A DNA stretch of 64,000 nucleotides. It comes from Camelus dromedarius. Its lineage: Eukaryota. Under the pieces are notes generated by a model. It was given only the letters and a program-made list of their open reading frames with translations. It was not told the DNA's origin and did no database searches. The number at the start of each line of letters is the position of its first letter. The first letter of the stretch is position 1. The stretch spans positions 76,448,001 through 76,512,000 of the forward strand of contig NC_087436.1 of the NCBI RefSeq assembly GCF_036321535.1, written 5' to 3'. Made by a program: the position numbers and the translations under genes. Shown here in pieces: positions 62,251 through 64,000 of this stretch.

Positions 62251-64000
62251 TTCATAGTTTCATTATAAGGTAACTATGGTTTAAAAAAAATATCACAGCC
62301 TTTACTTCCAGGTATTAAACTGCAATTTCAAATTTTCTTTAAGATGGAAAATCATTTTTGGTGTTTTTCCTCATATTTTCCATCTATGAGTGAAAATAAA
62401 TGTCCAATCGATTCATAAACCAGCTAAATAATTTTCATAAACCTGCTACCTAGCTTGTAATGCTTTCAGACTTAGAGGAGTGCACAGTAATCAACTCTAA
62501 CAAGTGCAATAGAGCTTCACATTTGGTTTTTATTTCTGTCACTTGTCTGAGTCCTCAGCAAAGCACTGCCAGGCCCCAGTCTCCCTCACACCTTCCTCGT
62601 GCAGTGAAGGGGCTGGTCCGCGCACTGACTGGGGAAAGGGCCACGGAAGTAGGATTGGCAAGACTGTAGCAGTAGAGGCTACCGTCTGTCCTCACCATTT
62701 AAGCATATCTCCACCGTGCTAATGGAGTACTTGGGGACCCTGAAGCTAAATGCTCCTAATCTTGTTTAATTTACCACCATCCTTGGAATCTACCTTTCAA
62801 ACCAGCTTGTCTGCTGGACTCTGCTTTGAGATTCTGCTCCAGTGTCCAACTCCGTATAGGAATGCCCTGTACGCCAAGCCTGACTCAACACTTAGTCTCC
62901 AGACAGAGAGCATACATCAGTGCACAAGACCTGGGTTAGAACATTAGGTAGTGGGAGCGAGGATGAGGTAAGATAAGCTCCCTCAGGAAGTCTGATTTCT
63001 TTTCACTCCTGAGGTCGTTTGGGATGGGAAGTCCGTGATGATGGGATAGTGTTGAGCTGTGTTGGAAAGGCAGTCTGGTGCATGTGGTCTTTGGACCCCC
63101 CTAATAGATCACACAGAAAAGGACCTTGGGCCTGGGACACTTCCTCACTAAAAGATAAAGAGTTCACACAGTCTGTGCTGGATTTATTGCCTACTGTGGG
63201 AATATCTTTCCCTGTTTTCCAGCTCAGTGTGTGCGCCTTTGTACTGCTTAAGTGTGTGTGTTAATATGGCACTGCACCAACCCTACTACTAAACCTGTCC
63301 TCCATGGGGAGGGGATGGGGTCCATCCACTGTGGCATGTGAGGGGTTAAGGAGGCCAGTTGCTACGGGGAGAAATCCTCTGGCCATGGGGGACCAATGCC
63401 CACTATTGGAGCTGATCTTCTTCTGTCTCTTCTCTTTGAAATAAAACACTGTTCCATCCATCCAGTAGACTATGTTATGTTTTCCTGGGCAAATTCAATA
63501 CTAAGATGCAATGGGCAGAAGTGTATAGACTTTTATTCCTACTAGTCAATGTAATAATGATGCTCTTTGCTATCCTCCATGTAGTTGGCGTCCTCCCCTG
63601 GGTTTGCTAACCAGTGCAAGGTGTTCTGTTCAATAAGGTGATTCTGCCTTTCACTTACAACAAAGACCTGCTTCCATTAGACTATTCTCCTATCACCAGA
63701 TGAGAGCAAGATCCTACTGGGCAGTTTGACAGGAAGTGGACACATTCACGTAGCCTATGTATGTAGTATCCCTTGGAACGCAACCACAGACAGGATGTGT
63801 GTGCGTGGTACCCCTTGGAGCTGTGCAAGAAGAAAACTGCTGTTCCTTGAGTTTACCTCATACGGGAGATGAGTTATGCAGAGTCTGTGCTCTGTTCAAT
63901 GATCAGAAATGGGTAGATAATATTTGGGCACAGATATAAAATTTGTACAGGCAGAGGGAGTTTAATCAAGCCTGAAAAAGAAATGATTGCATGTTACTTC

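Noticed and set aside
62607..62629. REST/RE1 site
   Set aside because: Superficial resemblance only; too many mismatches to GGCGCTGTCCGTGGTGCTGAA.
63306..63345. G-quadruplex (four GGGG runs)
   Set aside because: The last loop is ~21 nt; non-canonical and without supporting context.
1..64000. Prokaryote-type systems (CRISPR array, operon) or an intact ERV/LINE
   Set aside because: No regularly spaced repeat-spacer array and no long ORFs; all mobile elements are fragmentary and decayed.

Overview
AT-rich mammalian genomic DNA, intronic or intergenic. It is most likely camelid (alpaca/llama/camel), because two tRNA-Ala(AGC)-derived SINEs have the Vic-1-type 3' tail. I cannot support any protein-coding gene: the ORF track consists of chance ORFs and decayed L1 ORF1/ORF2 or MaLR sequence. 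A large part of the window is old interspersed repeats (L1, L2, MIR, MaLR/ERV LTRs, hAT MITEs). Family names are from recalled consensus sequences and need RepeatMasker/Dfam confirmation. The best structural signal is an apparent ~3.9 kb genomic inversion (~43.6-47.5 kb): reverting it re-joins two separately broken L1 elements. Other signals are an ~80 bp interrupted direct duplication with a 41 bp perfect core (39.4/39.8 kb), a ~100 bp multi-inverted-repeat element (26.64-26.73 kb), homeodomain-site clusters that look like developmental enhancers (6.3 kb with ~10 bp phasing; 29.2 kb), and several candidate non-coding or micro-exons. No convincing novel gene system was found.
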